Source: Cyanobacteria bacterium auto_48_18 | Lineage (GTDB): Bacteria; Cyanobacteriota; Vampirovibrionia; Obscuribacterales; Obscuribacteraceae | Direction of reading: 5' to 3' | DNA length: 64,000 nt | NCBI GenBank assembly: GCA_036170915.1 | Contig: JAVHQC010000010.1 | Location: 160,001-224,000, forward strand | Shown here: in pieces, positions 49,293 to 59,029 of the stretch | Layout of the letters: each line of letters starts with the position of its first letter | Numbering within the stretch: position 1 is the first letter of the stretch | The notes under the pieces: model-generated | The model's input: the letters and a program-made list of their open reading frames with translations, nothing else | Databases searched by the model: none | What the model was told of the DNA's origin: nothing | Made by a program: the position numbers and the translations under genes

Positions 49293-50573
49293 ATGGAGGT
49301 ACTTACCGAACCAATGCGTCGATATGCAATCGTTGAAATTGAAGATGTGCAAGAGGCTTTTTGCGGCGTCCGTCGTAAAAACATGGTGGCCCTTTCAGAC
49401 GCAGAACCAGAGATCGCTGAAGAGTGGTGCTATAAACAAAATGCCGGCTGGGGTCCTGAACATTTCAGCCGCGGCTCTGGCGTAAGATGTTGGTGGGAAT
49501 GCCCTGCATGCAAGCGGCCATATAAGGCGCAAATAAACAACCGCACCAGCGCTATGCGCAGCGCCTGTCCATACTGCGCCAGTAAGAAGGTCTGTTGCGA
49601 CAATGCACTTTCAGACTTGTTTCCGGAAGTAAGCAAAGAATGGCATCCGACCAAAAACAAAAAGTTGAAACCGTGCGATGTTACCTATGCATCAACTACA
49701 AAAGTGTGGTGGCTGTGCGGCAGGTGCAATCACGCTTGGCAAGCTGTTATAAGTTGCCGTACAGTCAGCCATTCAGGCTGCCCTGCTTGCTATGAAACTC
49801 GAATGGAGGAAGCTAGAGCGCATCCGCAAAGGAAAGAGCAAATACAAATTGTGCTTAGCGCCTCAAGCAAAAATATCTCCAGAGCGTGGTATGAAATCGG
49901 TGAGCGCCGATTTGAGACACTCGCTAAAGGTTATCCAGCTGTCGCTAAACAGTGGCATCCAATCAAAAATGGTGAATGGACGCCCGCTGATTTTGCCGCT
50001 GGATCTGAAACTATTGCCTGGTGGAAGTGCACTAAAGGTCCCGACCATGAATGGCAAGCACCGATATACTCGCGCACAGGAAGCAGAAAAGGTGGTTGTC
50101 CCTTTTGTTCCGGAAAGCGTGTATCAGTGACTAATTCTTTAAAGCACATGTTTCGCGAAGTGGCTGCAGAATGGCATCCAACGCTTAATGGCTCGCAAAA
50201 GCCGCAAGATTATACGGCAGGCTCAGGACAAAAAGTTTGGTGGCAGTGCAAAAACAATGCGGCGCATGAATGGGAAACATTAATTCACTTGAGAGCAGGC
50301 GGCAGTAAATGCCCCAAGTGCAGCTTCGTCAAAGTTGGTAATAGTTTCCATGCCACTGGTGACAATTCGCTTGCTGCTAAATTTCCGCACATTGCCGCAC
50401 AGCTTCATCCAACAAAAAATGGGAATTTGAACCCAAACGAAGTGACATTTGCCTCGTCAAAAAGGCTATGGTGGGTCTGTCCAATAGACACAAATCATGA
50501 GTGGCAGACTAGGGTGTCAAATAGGACCAAACTTTCATCTGGTTGCCCTGATTGCTATCGAGCGAGTAGATAA
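49293..50573 (+). CDS. Zinc-ribbon (DUF4379/treble-clef-like) repeat protein 2
   Basis: Five units, e.g. EWHPTKN...VWWLC..CNHAWQA...SGCPAC. Confidence 0.88.
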   Translation: MEVLTEPMRRYAIVEIEDVQEAFCGVRRKNMVALSDAEPEIAEEWCYKQNAGWGPEHFSRGSGVRCWWECPACKRPYKAQINNRTSAMRSACPYCASKKVCCDNALSDLFPEVSKEWHPTKNKKLKPCDVTYASTTKVWWLCGRCNHAWQAVISCRTVSHSGCPACYETRMEEARAHPQRKEQIQIVLSASSKNISRAWYEIGERRFETLAKGYPAVAKQWHPIKNGEWTPADFAAGSETIAWWKCTKGPDHEWQAPIYSRTGSRKGGCPFCSGKRVSVTNSLKHMFREVAAEWHPTLNGSQKPQDYTAGSGQKVWWQCKNNAAHEWETLIHLRAGGSKCPKCSFVKVGNSFHATGDNSLAAKFPHIAAQLHPTKNGNLNPNEVTFASSKRLWWVCPIDTNHEWQTRVSNRTKLSSGCPDCYRASR

Positions 50574-50813
50574 TCGAAGCAAGTAATCGCCGACAAAGAT
50601 TTCTTCAACCCTGAATCATTTTGAGAAGGATTGGCTCCAGTTCGTGCGCGAACAGCCGAATGTCAAAAAGACAACGGTCGCACCGAAGGCGTCAACATTC
50701 CGGGAAAATGGAAATACATCGACAAGTCAGGCAAAACCGTCATCGCTCCTCAATTCGATGATGCCAACGAATTTCACCTGGGCCTGGCCGCCGTTAAACT
50801 CGCAAAAGAATAG
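50574..50813 (+). pseudogene. WG-repeat protein C-terminal fragment
   Basis: F*EGLAPV (internal TGA) ... GKWKYIDKSGKTVIAPQFDDANEFHLGLAAV. Confidence 0.75.
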
Positions 50814-50820
50814 TATTTCA

Positions 50821-51996
50821 TCAATAAACAAGGCGTAAGATACCTTCCGCATACTTCCAGTCAATGTGCTCTTGTTCTAACCGAATATTTTGTCCCCACC
50901 TGCCGTTCTTTAATGCCTGGTACATCTCATAGTCTGGCTCAGATAGAGCTTCTAGATTACCGGCACCATGTTGATCTCTTTCTACACCCCAGACATACTG
51001 ATGTGCTAGAAGCGTCCCTTGATCCATAAGAATTGAACGTAAGTGCGGCAAATAAGTTCTCGCCGAATTTAAAATTGCAAAACCATGAGTATCTATATCG
51101 CCCCAATAAAGCACATCAAGATTTTGCATCCAGGAAATTCTTGAAAGATAGTCGAGTCCATAGCCGGCGCCAAAGACGACCATGCTGCGCGGCATAGCAG
51201 GAAAAGCAAGAAAATTGATTTCATTTTCGACAATGAAAACGCGCGACAGATTCAGCTTGAGTCTAGCAAAAGTATTCGCATCCAAGGTGACATCTTCTTG
51301 AGCACCGCCAAAAATAGACAACTCTTGATCGAGAATGCGAAACCTTACTAGCAGCGGTTTCTCTCGAAATCCATATCGCTGAGAAAACTTCTTGGCGCCA
51401 GAATATGTTAAATCGAGAGCATCGACCGGCAGAGCGAGGTCAAGCAATTCCAACAAAACAGAACGATTGTTCTCTATAAATTTGCTGTGAACACCAATAA
51501 CATCAACCTGGCGCAGATAAATTCCCGGCCTGTGGTTTTGCTTCATCCAGCTCACCACTCTCAAAATTTGCGGCCATTGATCGTAAAGCGCAAGAGCTTG
51601 CAAAGGTCGACGCTTTAGCCACGGTATCAACTCAGAATGTTCAGTAGTCGTTGATTGCCAAAGTTGATAAAATTTCTCAGCGGCTTGTTTTTTTCCGATC
51701 AGCAAGAGCGCGTCGCCACACGACTCTATCCATGCTTCTCTAGGAACAGAATTTTTTCCGATTATGCGATGACTGACTTCTTGATGCTTTAACCGAATCC
51801 CTTTTATTTCGCTCACCTGAGCAATCCATAATCGCACGTCTTCGAAATGTGTACTCATCTCCGAGGAAGTCGGTGACTTAAATTTCAGCCGCCTTGGAAA
51901 AGTTGGATCCTCCTGGTACGGCTCAACTAGAAGATCTCCTTTATCCCACCACCTGCTTATCTGGGCTTTAATGTCGGCAGAATTGGTCCAGGTCAC
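50821..51996 (-). CDS. jetD: Wadjet nuclease JetD (DUF3322 + DUF2220 Toprim)
   Basis: YLRQVDVIGVHSKFIE, IVENEINF, YWGDIDTHGF, RLEQE. Confidence 0.92.
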   Translation of the reverse strand: MTWTNSADIKAQISRWWDKGDLLVEPYQEDPTFPRRLKFKSPTSSEMSTHFEDVRLWIAQVSEIKGIRLKHQEVSHRIIGKNSVPREAWIESCGDALLLIGKKQAAEKFYQLWQSTTTEHSELIPWLKRRPLQALALYDQWPQILRVVSWMKQNHRPGIYLRQVDVIGVHSKFIENNRSVLLELLDLALPVDALDLTYSGAKKFSQRYGFREKPLLVRFRILDQELSIFGGAQEDVTLDANTFARLKLNLSRVFIVENEINFLAFPAMPRSMVVFGAGYGLDYLSRISWMQNLDVLYWGDIDTHGFAILNSARTYLPHLRSILMDQGTLLAHQYVWGVERDQHGAGNLEALSEPDYEMYQALKNGRWGQNIRLEQEHIDWKYAEGILRLVY

Positions 51997-54900
51997 TTGA
52001 TAGATTCCTCAGGCAAGGTCTTCTCAATCTTGACTGAAAATTTGTCGAGAACATTCTTGCTTATAGATTGCAGCTTTGCTTTCTCTTCATGGTATTCCGC
52101 GATGGTTAAATTGCGCAGCTTGGAAGACTCGCCACTGGCATTTTGAACAAAGCCCACGTTGAATATATACGGCTCGATCACACCTATCTTTTGAAGAGGC
52201 GTAACTACCAGAAGCTGCAAATTGAGCTTCTCGAAAAGCTGCAGACCATACTGGGTAGATTCATCGGACCCGCGACCAAAAGCTTCATCGATGACGACAA
52301 AACGGAAAGAGCGAGAGCGCACGTTGCCCCACTCCAGGCCAAATTGATATGCGAGGCTGGCGGCTAGAATCGTATAGGCGAGTTTTTCTTTTTGACCGCC
52401 CGATTTGCCACCAGAATCAGAGTAATGTTCGTACTCGCTGTCGTCATTGCGCAACCGTTCCGAAGCAGCAAAAGTAAACCAGTTGCGCACGTCTGTAACT
52501 CTTTCGGTCCAGCGTTTATCAATGTCAAAGAAGCCCTCTCGACCGCGCAGACGCTCGATGATTTGCTTTACTTGCAAAAACTTTGCTTCTGAATACTGTT
52601 CGTCGGCAGAGCCAGTCAGAGAGCCATCGGTGCAAGCTCTCAATTCAGTTTGAAAGTTGCGTATGTCTTGATCTTGAGTGTGATGAGCTTCCAGAATAAT
52701 GTAATGTCCGTTCACGTAATCAATTTGAGTGAGAGATTTGTTGATAATTTTGATGCGATCTTCAATAGTAACTCTCTCACGCGCCAGTTGCGATTGAAAG
52801 TTGGCGACCTCTCGAATTGTGTTTTCGTTGAGCAATTCTTTAAAACGAGCTTGAAAGCGCGGCAATCCGTCAGATTCGAGTGCCACCAGCATATCTTCAA
52901 ACTCGCGGGCCGATTCAACTTTGGCATCCACCTCAGAACTTTCTTTGGGAAAAGCATGCATAAAGTTTTTCATCGCAGCAATAATTTTGTCGCGCAAGCG
53001 TTCAATTTTTTGACTATCGCTGTCAATTTTCGCCTGTAACCACTCTCGCATCGTCAGCTCGAGTTTATCGCATGATTCTATGCTGATTTGAAGCCCACCC
53101 ACAGCATCGTCTTGCATTAGAGACAGGGCTTCAAATTTAAAAACAAAGTCTTGCTCGTTCAGGTCGATTAGAGAAGCATTCGTCTCTGCCAATAATTTAT
53201 TTGCGACGTCACGTCTTTCTTCAATCTTAGAAAGCAAAGCTCGATGGTCTACAAGCTTTTTCTCAGCCACGCCAATGGATAACACCACTTCACTAAGTTG
53301 CGCGTTCAGCTGTTTTAAAACGTCAGACGTGCTCTCGAGTTCTCGCCGTTCTCTATCAAGCCTGGCAATTTCGCGCGAAACGGAGGGCCAATCTAGGTCT
53401 TTGAACTCTCTATATTCTTTCAGGCCGGCAAGACTATTAGATTGAGCGCCCAGGCCGCTGATTTGCTGTTGCAAAACACTGATTTCACCGGCAATGTCGG
53501 CAATTTGTTTTTCAGCGCTTTTAAGCTTGCTTTGCAGCGCGGCGATTTTTATCTCATTGGTCCAACCAAGCACGTAGCGACTTTGATCATCAATTCGATG
53601 TCTGTCATCTTTTTCATGGCGTTCGCCGCTGCCTTTGATCTGACCAGACATGGTAATGGCGCGCGTTTCTTGCCTGAATTGCTGTTGGCTCAAGCAACAT
53701 TTGATATCTCCGCGCTGTGCCAGCTCGGCTTCCAGCCATTCATAATAAGGCGAGTCGGGTTTGACGGATAACTTTTTTGCCAGCACATCTTTTTGCAGGG
53801 AAAAGATGGTTTTACGATTGTGTTTATTCAGGCTATCGAGAACTCGGAAATATACCAGGCGACCGCCCAAATGAGTATTGTTAACCCATTCGGCAACCCT
53901 GGTGTAGTGTTTGTCAGGCACAATAAGGGAGAGGCCAAAACTATGAAAATAACGTTCAATAGCGCCTTGCCAGTCGCTGTCTTCAGCACGTACTTGAAGC
54001 AGTTCACCAACAAAAGGAATGTCGGCAATATCAATTTTCAACTTGCTGCACAACTCAGCCCGCATACTGATCTGGGAAGTTGGAATGTTACTGCGCCTTG
54101 ACCTCAAACTCTCAAGTTCAAGGGCAAGAGCAGAGTGTTCTGATCGCTTCTCCTTCAAAAGAACGCTGGCTTCAGTGTGCAAATTTTGCAAATCTGCTGT
54201 CTGCTGAACAAGGCTTTCAGCCAGCAAAGTAAATTCATTTTGTTGCTCGATAAAACTATCTTGACTTTTAGCCGGTGAAATTTTAAGTGGTTTCAGGAGT
54301 TCTTCATAGCGCTCGGAGCGCTTTCGCTTATTCTCGAGATCAATATTTAGTTGAGCAATATCGGCAGTAATCTTCTCGATTCTGTCGCCGCCATTGGCTC
54401 GAATATTCTGTTTAAGCTCGTTCTCGTTGAGGCGCAGACCCTGCACATTGTCGTCAGCTGACTTGACTTTCGCTGCTTGCTTGGCTAGTTCGCTTTCAAG
54501 ACTAACTATTCGCTCTGTGAGAAGATCAAGCTTTTGCCGGGCAAAATAAAATTTCAGGGCGTCGCGATAACCGCGCAGTCGCTCTTTCTCGATACTCAAC
54601 CCTGAAAATTTATGGCAATCTAAAATCAGGGGCTTGAGCAATTCCACCTGCTGGACTGCCTTCAAAACAGATTCATGGGCTGAATTGAGATCATCAAAGT
54701 GGTGTATAAGCGCGCTCAATCTATCAACTACATTAGAAGGCTCAAGCATGTGATTTCTCACAAATTCAGTCAGGTTGCCAACCGACTTCATCGATACAGT
54801 TTGATGAAAGAGCTCAAGTGCCTGATCGCTGTCAATGCCAAAGCGTCGGCGGAACCAGGCGCCGTATGGTGGAAATGTATCGAACAGCTCAGCCCCTTTG

Positions 54901-55499
54901 TCACGCAATCTCTTCTTCAAATTATTCATTTCGATGCCGAAGCCTGAAAAATTCTCAGCAATAGACAGCTGTTGCTCAGCGCCAACGTAAAATCTGGCCG
55001 GCTGACCCTGGAGATCTTTCATCCAGTAAACCTGCGCCAGAGTTACTGTTTGATCGTAGCCGGCATTGGAGAAAACTCCTAAGATCACAGAATAAGAATT
55101 AGGCCCTCTCAAAGGAACCGGTTTAGCTGCACCACTTTCATGCCGTTCAGATTTGTGATATCCAAGCACATATGATTTTGCCGTCCGTTCTTTATTATCG
55201 GCGCCGGCAGCTTTATTGTAAGCCGCACGGTTGGCCGGCACAAGCAAGGTGGTTATGGCATCAACAAGAGTAGATTTGCCGGAGCCGATATCTCCAGTTA
55301 GTAGTGCATTCTGACCATTGAGAGTAAAAGTCCAGACTTGTTTGTCGAATGTTCCCCAATTATAGATTTCCACCTGCTTAAGTCTGTAACCAGGCAGTTT
55401 TTGATCCACTAGTGATTTAACTTCGATGTCAATTTCAGCAGGTATTACTTCGGCATCAGAAGAATTTGCATCTAGATCTTCGGCGAGATCATTGCTCAT
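51993..55499 (-). CDS. jetC: Wadjet SMC-like ATPase JetC
   Basis: NWGTF, Walker A GDIGSGKS, long coiled coils, KSGGQKEK signature, Walker B VVIDEAF; GGAGGT RBS before ATG 55499. Confidence 0.93.
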   Translation of the reverse strand: MSNDLAEDLDANSSDAEVIPAEIDIEVKSLVDQKLPGYRLKQVEIYNWGTFDKQVWTFTLNGQNALLTGDIGSGKSTLVDAITTLLVPANRAAYNKAAGADNKERTAKSYVLGYHKSERHESGAAKPVPLRGPNSYSVILGVFSNAGYDQTVTLAQVYWMKDLQGQPARFYVGAEQQLSIAENFSGFGIEMNNLKKRLRDKGAELFDTFPPYGAWFRRRFGIDSDQALELFHQTVSMKSVGNLTEFVRNHMLEPSNVVDRLSALIHHFDDLNSAHESVLKAVQQVELLKPLILDCHKFSGLSIEKERLRGYRDALKFYFARQKLDLLTERIVSLESELAKQAAKVKSADDNVQGLRLNENELKQNIRANGGDRIEKITADIAQLNIDLENKRKRSERYEELLKPLKISPAKSQDSFIEQQNEFTLLAESLVQQTADLQNLHTEASVLLKEKRSEHSALALELESLRSRRSNIPTSQISMRAELCSKLKIDIADIPFVGELLQVRAEDSDWQGAIERYFHSFGLSLIVPDKHYTRVAEWVNNTHLGGRLVYFRVLDSLNKHNRKTIFSLQKDVLAKKLSVKPDSPYYEWLEAELAQRGDIKCCLSQQQFRQETRAITMSGQIKGSGERHEKDDRHRIDDQSRYVLGWTNEIKIAALQSKLKSAEKQIADIAGEISVLQQQISGLGAQSNSLAGLKEYREFKDLDWPSVSREIARLDRERRELESTSDVLKQLNAQLSEVVLSIGVAEKKLVDHRALLSKIEERRDVANKLLAETNASLIDLNEQDFVFKFEALSLMQDDAVGGLQISIESCDKLELTMREWLQAKIDSDSQKIERLRDKIIAAMKNFMHAFPKESSEVDAKVESAREFEDMLVALESDGLPRFQARFKELLNENTIREVANFQSQLARERVTIEDRIKIINKSLTQIDYVNGHYIILEAHHTQDQDIRNFQTELRACTDGSLTGSADEQYSEAKFLQVKQIIERLRGREGFFDIDKRWTERVTDVRNWFTFAASERLRNDDSEYEHYSDSGGKSGGQKEKLAYTILAASLAYQFGLEWGNVRSRSFRFVVIDEAFGRGSDESTQYGLQLFEKLNLQLLVVTPLQKIGVIEPYIFNVGFVQNASGESSKLRNLTIAEYHEEKAKLQSISKNVLDKFSVKIEKTLPEESIK

Positions 55500-56142
55500 C
55501 GCCCACCTCCACTCCAGATTCAGAAATCTTGGCTTTATATTGCGCCAGCTGATTATCGAAATCTGAGAGCCACTGGGCATCTACAAACGCCTTTAGAATG
55601 CGTCTAACTTCGTATAAATTTTGCTTGCCGGCAGTTGTTTTGATCTGGCGGAGAAAGCCGAGCTCAATGATCTTTTTGATATTAGTATCAACTTGATCAA
55701 CAAGCTTGGCGTCATTGCTTCCTGAGGGTACAAAAATTCTGATCAATTCAACGATTTCATCCCCACTTAATATGAGCCTGGTCTCCCCACCTCTAGCATC
55801 AAATTCTGCCATTTTCTTGCGCAGCAGGGCCAATAGAAGACTGACTTGGAAAGAAAGCGGACGCCTTGCCACCAAGCGCGGCATCGCTGCACTGGCATCA
55901 ACTTCACTTTCCTCAAAGCGCGAGCGCAGAAAGGCGTAACCCTCGGCCTCATCAAATATTAGTTCTAATCCCAGGATGGCGACGTAGTCGCGCACTCTTG
56001 CTTGTAACTTAATCAGCTCGCTCCAGAGTCGCGGATCGTTTTCTTGATAAACAACGCCTTTAAGCAGCGAAACGATAATCAGAGACAAATCGTCAACTTT
56101 AACGCTGGGTGAATTTGATGTTGCCGTTTCAGTTTCAGACAT
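55489..56142 (-). CDS. jetB: Wadjet JetB (DUF4194)
   Basis: LLKGVVY, DEAEGYAFLR, PRLVARRPLSF, EVRRILKAFVDAQWL. Confidence 0.9.
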   Translation of the reverse strand: MSETETATSNSPSVKVDDLSLIIVSLLKGVVYQENDPRLWSELIKLQARVRDYVAILGLELIFDEAEGYAFLRSRFEESEVDASAAMPRLVARRPLSFQVSLLLALLRKKMAEFDARGGETRLILSGDEIVELIRIFVPSGSNDAKLVDQVDTNIKKIIELGFLRQIKTTAGKQNLYEVRRILKAFVDAQWLSDFDNQLAQYKAKISESGVEVGDEQ

Positions 56143-56148
56143 ATCTCA

Positions 56149-57591
56149 CTACCTTACAAAAATAACGCGCGGCAAGGTTGCCTGTTTGCGTTCACCATTG
56201 TCACCAATCCATTGAACAGTATCGAGCACGTCTTCATCAGTGGTAGTTTCAAACGAATCGCTAGCCAGCTGCAAATAAGTTACTAATTCAGCAAGCCCAT
56301 ATTCGAGGGGCCTGATTTCGAGTAGTTCACTCAGTGTGATTTGTGACTTCAATTGTAAGGCGCGACGAATGGAATTGGCCAGAGCCGACTTATCAACCAC
56401 CGAGTGCGAGAATAAAATATCGGTGTCTACGCTATCGCCATCGCCGTCAAGAGCGAGGCCAGCGATTCTTGGCTTGTTTGTTTTCTTGTACAAAGGCCTT
56501 TCAAAGGAAAGCTCAATTTGGGCCGACATACCATTGACGAAAAAGAACTCACCAGCAGGTGGCGAAGTCGAGACAGCCAGCGCATGCATTTCAACGTCTC
56601 GCAAAATTTCGATGATACGCCTGTTTTGCAGCCAGGCTGCATCATCAAGGAATCTGCGCAATTGCTGTGAGAGCTTGGCGACAGTCAGCTGTGTGTGCTC
56701 GCCAGCCTCTAACCAATCATAATGAATTCTGTGCACCCGGGGATCAGGGTTTAATTCATTCACCGCCGGCAGTGACAAAACTCGCGACAGTAATTGAGTA
56801 AATTCTTCCTGCCTGCGGCTCGACATAAGAAAATCCCAAAAAGCCCGAAAACTATTGCCCTGATCAGTATCGGAAATCTGGTCTCTCTCTCCCATAATCT
56901 CTTCCAGCAGGCTCCCTTTATCGCCTTTCCAGAGCGCTATTTTTTCACGCGCACTTCTATCTAGAGCGCGAAAGTTTTGCTCCACTTCGCGGAAATCAGA
57001 AAGAAGCTCTCGGGAAATTGAAGTAAATTGTTGAAAACGTTCTTTTACAGCAGTGTCAGCTAGAAGAGAAATATCGCCTGATTCAAGTTGAGCCATTTCT
57101 CTATCGATTTCGTCACGTCTTTTTTTCAGTTCGGCAATGCGCAAATCTTTGTCGGTTTCAGTACCTTCGCACATCTGCTTTAGTAGTTCAAAGACAGTAA
57201 GCAAGCGCGATTCGGTGCCAACGAAACTACGAGCGGTCAAACTTTCAAGCCAGGAAATTGCTTTCTCAGTTGAAGGCATCAAATCAAAATAAGGTTCGTC
57301 TGAACCTTTCTGGTAAAACTTGCGCAGCCAACCTTTATCGTTGGCGGCCCAATCGTTTAAGTAAGCCTGGGCGTCTTTGGGAAACTCTTTAGCCCCAAGC
57401 AAATTACGTAGCGTAAATAGCTCGTCTTCTAAAGCCTCTGCCAGGTCAGCCTGCGCCATAACCCGCACATTCGGTTGAATGAATACACGGTTAAGAAAGC
57501 TTGCCACCAGCGGAGCCTGGTCTGCGCGCAACAGTCGCCATGACGGGTGGTCAAGGCGCATTTTTTCTAAGGTTAGATAGTCGAGCGTCAC
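56149..57591 (-). CDS. jetA: Wadjet JetA (DUF3375)
   Basis: HPSWRLLRADQAPL, FVGTESRL, QGNSFRAFWDFL, GLAELVTYL. Confidence 0.92.
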   Translation of the reverse strand: MTLDYLTLEKMRLDHPSWRLLRADQAPLVASFLNRVFIQPNVRVMAQADLAEALEDELFTLRNLLGAKEFPKDAQAYLNDWAANDKGWLRKFYQKGSDEPYFDLMPSTEKAISWLESLTARSFVGTESRLLTVFELLKQMCEGTETDKDLRIAELKKRRDEIDREMAQLESGDISLLADTAVKERFQQFTSISRELLSDFREVEQNFRALDRSAREKIALWKGDKGSLLEEIMGERDQISDTDQGNSFRAFWDFLMSSRRQEEFTQLLSRVLSLPAVNELNPDPRVHRIHYDWLEAGEHTQLTVAKLSQQLRRFLDDAAWLQNRRIIEILRDVEMHALAVSTSPPAGEFFFVNGMSAQIELSFERPLYKKTNKPRIAGLALDGDGDSVDTDILFSHSVVDKSALANSIRRALQLKSQITLSELLEIRPLEYGLAELVTYLQLASDSFETTTDEDVLDTVQWIGDNGERKQATLPRVIFVR

Positions 57592-57661
57592 AGAATACCT
57601 GCCTGGTGAAGCAAATAAAGATCAGGCGCAACAGCTGAGCGATTGAACAGAATTATAAGCG

Positions 57662-57705
57662 ATGTTCGGTGTATATACTTTACATACGTATGGTCGGTGT
57701 GTCAA
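57662..57705 (-). promoter_or_regulatory. jetABCD promoter with repeats
   Basis: TTGACA-N17-TAAAGT (minus); palindrome CATACGTATG in the spacer; direct repeat ATG(T/G)TCGGTGT. Confidence 0.6.
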
Positions 57706-57947
57706 ATTATATGCAACTATCGAAAGCTGCCCCAGTCAGCGCCTATCAATATAAAAGTGCCAAAATAACCACAAACTAGAACTCTAGGGAGTGGTATTTA
57801 AGGTATTCAGTTCTAAACTGGGCCCCAGGTGGCATGCAAGGCAGCGGCTCCCTAGGGCAACTAAATGTATAATACCCTACCCCAGCCGCCTTTGACAAGA
57901 TTATTTAAAATTGGGTCGGTCGTCATTACGCTTTGTATGAAACACCC

Positions 57948-58676
57948 ATGCCAACCTTTCAATACAGCCAGCTAACTTTAGAGAAGCTTGAATCAGCCTT
58001 TTCCGTATCTCGTCTAGCGCGCTACAAGACGCTAGCTGGTGGCGATCTAAACCTAGCACTGGAATTGCACGTCTGGAACGCAGAGCTCGGCCAGGGCCTC
58101 CACCTTCCTATGCAGCACTTTGAGCTGCTTCTCCGGAACGCCTTCAACGATAGATTAACGTCATTGCACGGCGATGCTTGGTTCGATGTCCTCTTTGAGG
58201 ACTTTCAACCAGAGTTTCAGCGTCAAATATCGGCTGCAAAAGATGAACTTGCGAAACAGAAAAGGAATGTAGTGACGCCTTCTGTAATTGCTCAATTCAC
58301 ACTTGGAACTTGGGTAGCAATGCTTGCGCCTTCCTACGATGATTTGCTATGGAAATTTTGCTTATATCAATCATTTGCAAATCCACCAGTTCCATTCTCG
58401 AGAAAGACGGCAAAGAAAGCACTTGAGAAAATCCGTATGCTCCGAAATCGAATCGCTCATCACGAACCAATTTATCATCGAGCACTGGATAAAGATCTGG
58501 AGCATCTAATTAGCGTTGCCGGTTGGATTTGCCCAGACACAGCCCAGTGGATCGATGACCATTGCTTTTCATTTCGGCATGCTTGGGCAAGGCAATCTGA
58601 GCTTTATTCAATGGCAAATGAAAATTCGATAGCCGACTATAGCGCACGGTATGAATTGATAGATTGGACACGATAG
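57948..58676 (+). CDS. Abi-like (Abi_2, AbiF/AbiD-related) HEPN RNase
   Basis: FSVSRLARY, ALELHVWN, FELLLRN, TLGTW, HEPN RNRIAH(HEP). Confidence 0.88.
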   Translation: MPTFQYSQLTLEKLESAFSVSRLARYKTLAGGDLNLALELHVWNAELGQGLHLPMQHFELLLRNAFNDRLTSLHGDAWFDVLFEDFQPEFQRQISAAKDELAKQKRNVVTPSVIAQFTLGTWVAMLAPSYDDLLWKFCLYQSFANPPVPFSRKTAKKALEKIRMLRNRIAHHEPIYHRALDKDLEHLISVAGWICPDTAQWIDDHCFSFRHAWARQSELYSMANENSIADYSARYELIDWTR

Positions 58677-58883
58677 CCACCAACGGGCACCGCTGTCTAA
58701 TTTACTTCGGCTCCAAAATCAATCGCTGCCAATGATTGTCGCGCAACGACTAAAAATTAACAGGCGAAGACCTAACCGGCCCGAGATGCGGAAGGACGCC
58801 TGCACCAAGCCACAACAGGGTAAATTTATTCACAAGCGTGCGGCAGAATAAGTTGCTCTCTGAAATGATCTACAGTGACAACT

Positions 58884-59010
58884 ATGGAAAAACAACATTT
58901 AAGAATCAATCCAAGTAGGGCTACGGAGATCAACGTTTCGCGAGTTTCGCTCAACAAACGAACGACTTTACTGGCTCGATTCATTTGAACTTGTAAGTCT
59001 TGCCAAGACA
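58884..59010 (-). pseudogene. Fragment duplicated from a 44246..45628-type gene
   Basis: Aligns with 45270-45397 (WQDLQ..MNR.SKVVRLLS.T.ETL.SVALL.LILKCCFSI). Confidence 0.85.
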
Positions 59011-59029
59011 CACCACTGGGAGCAATGGC

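Noticed and set aside
55500..55580. Extended JetC N-terminus from the ORF track
   Set aside because: Overlaps jetB; a strong GGAGGT RBS supports ATG 55499
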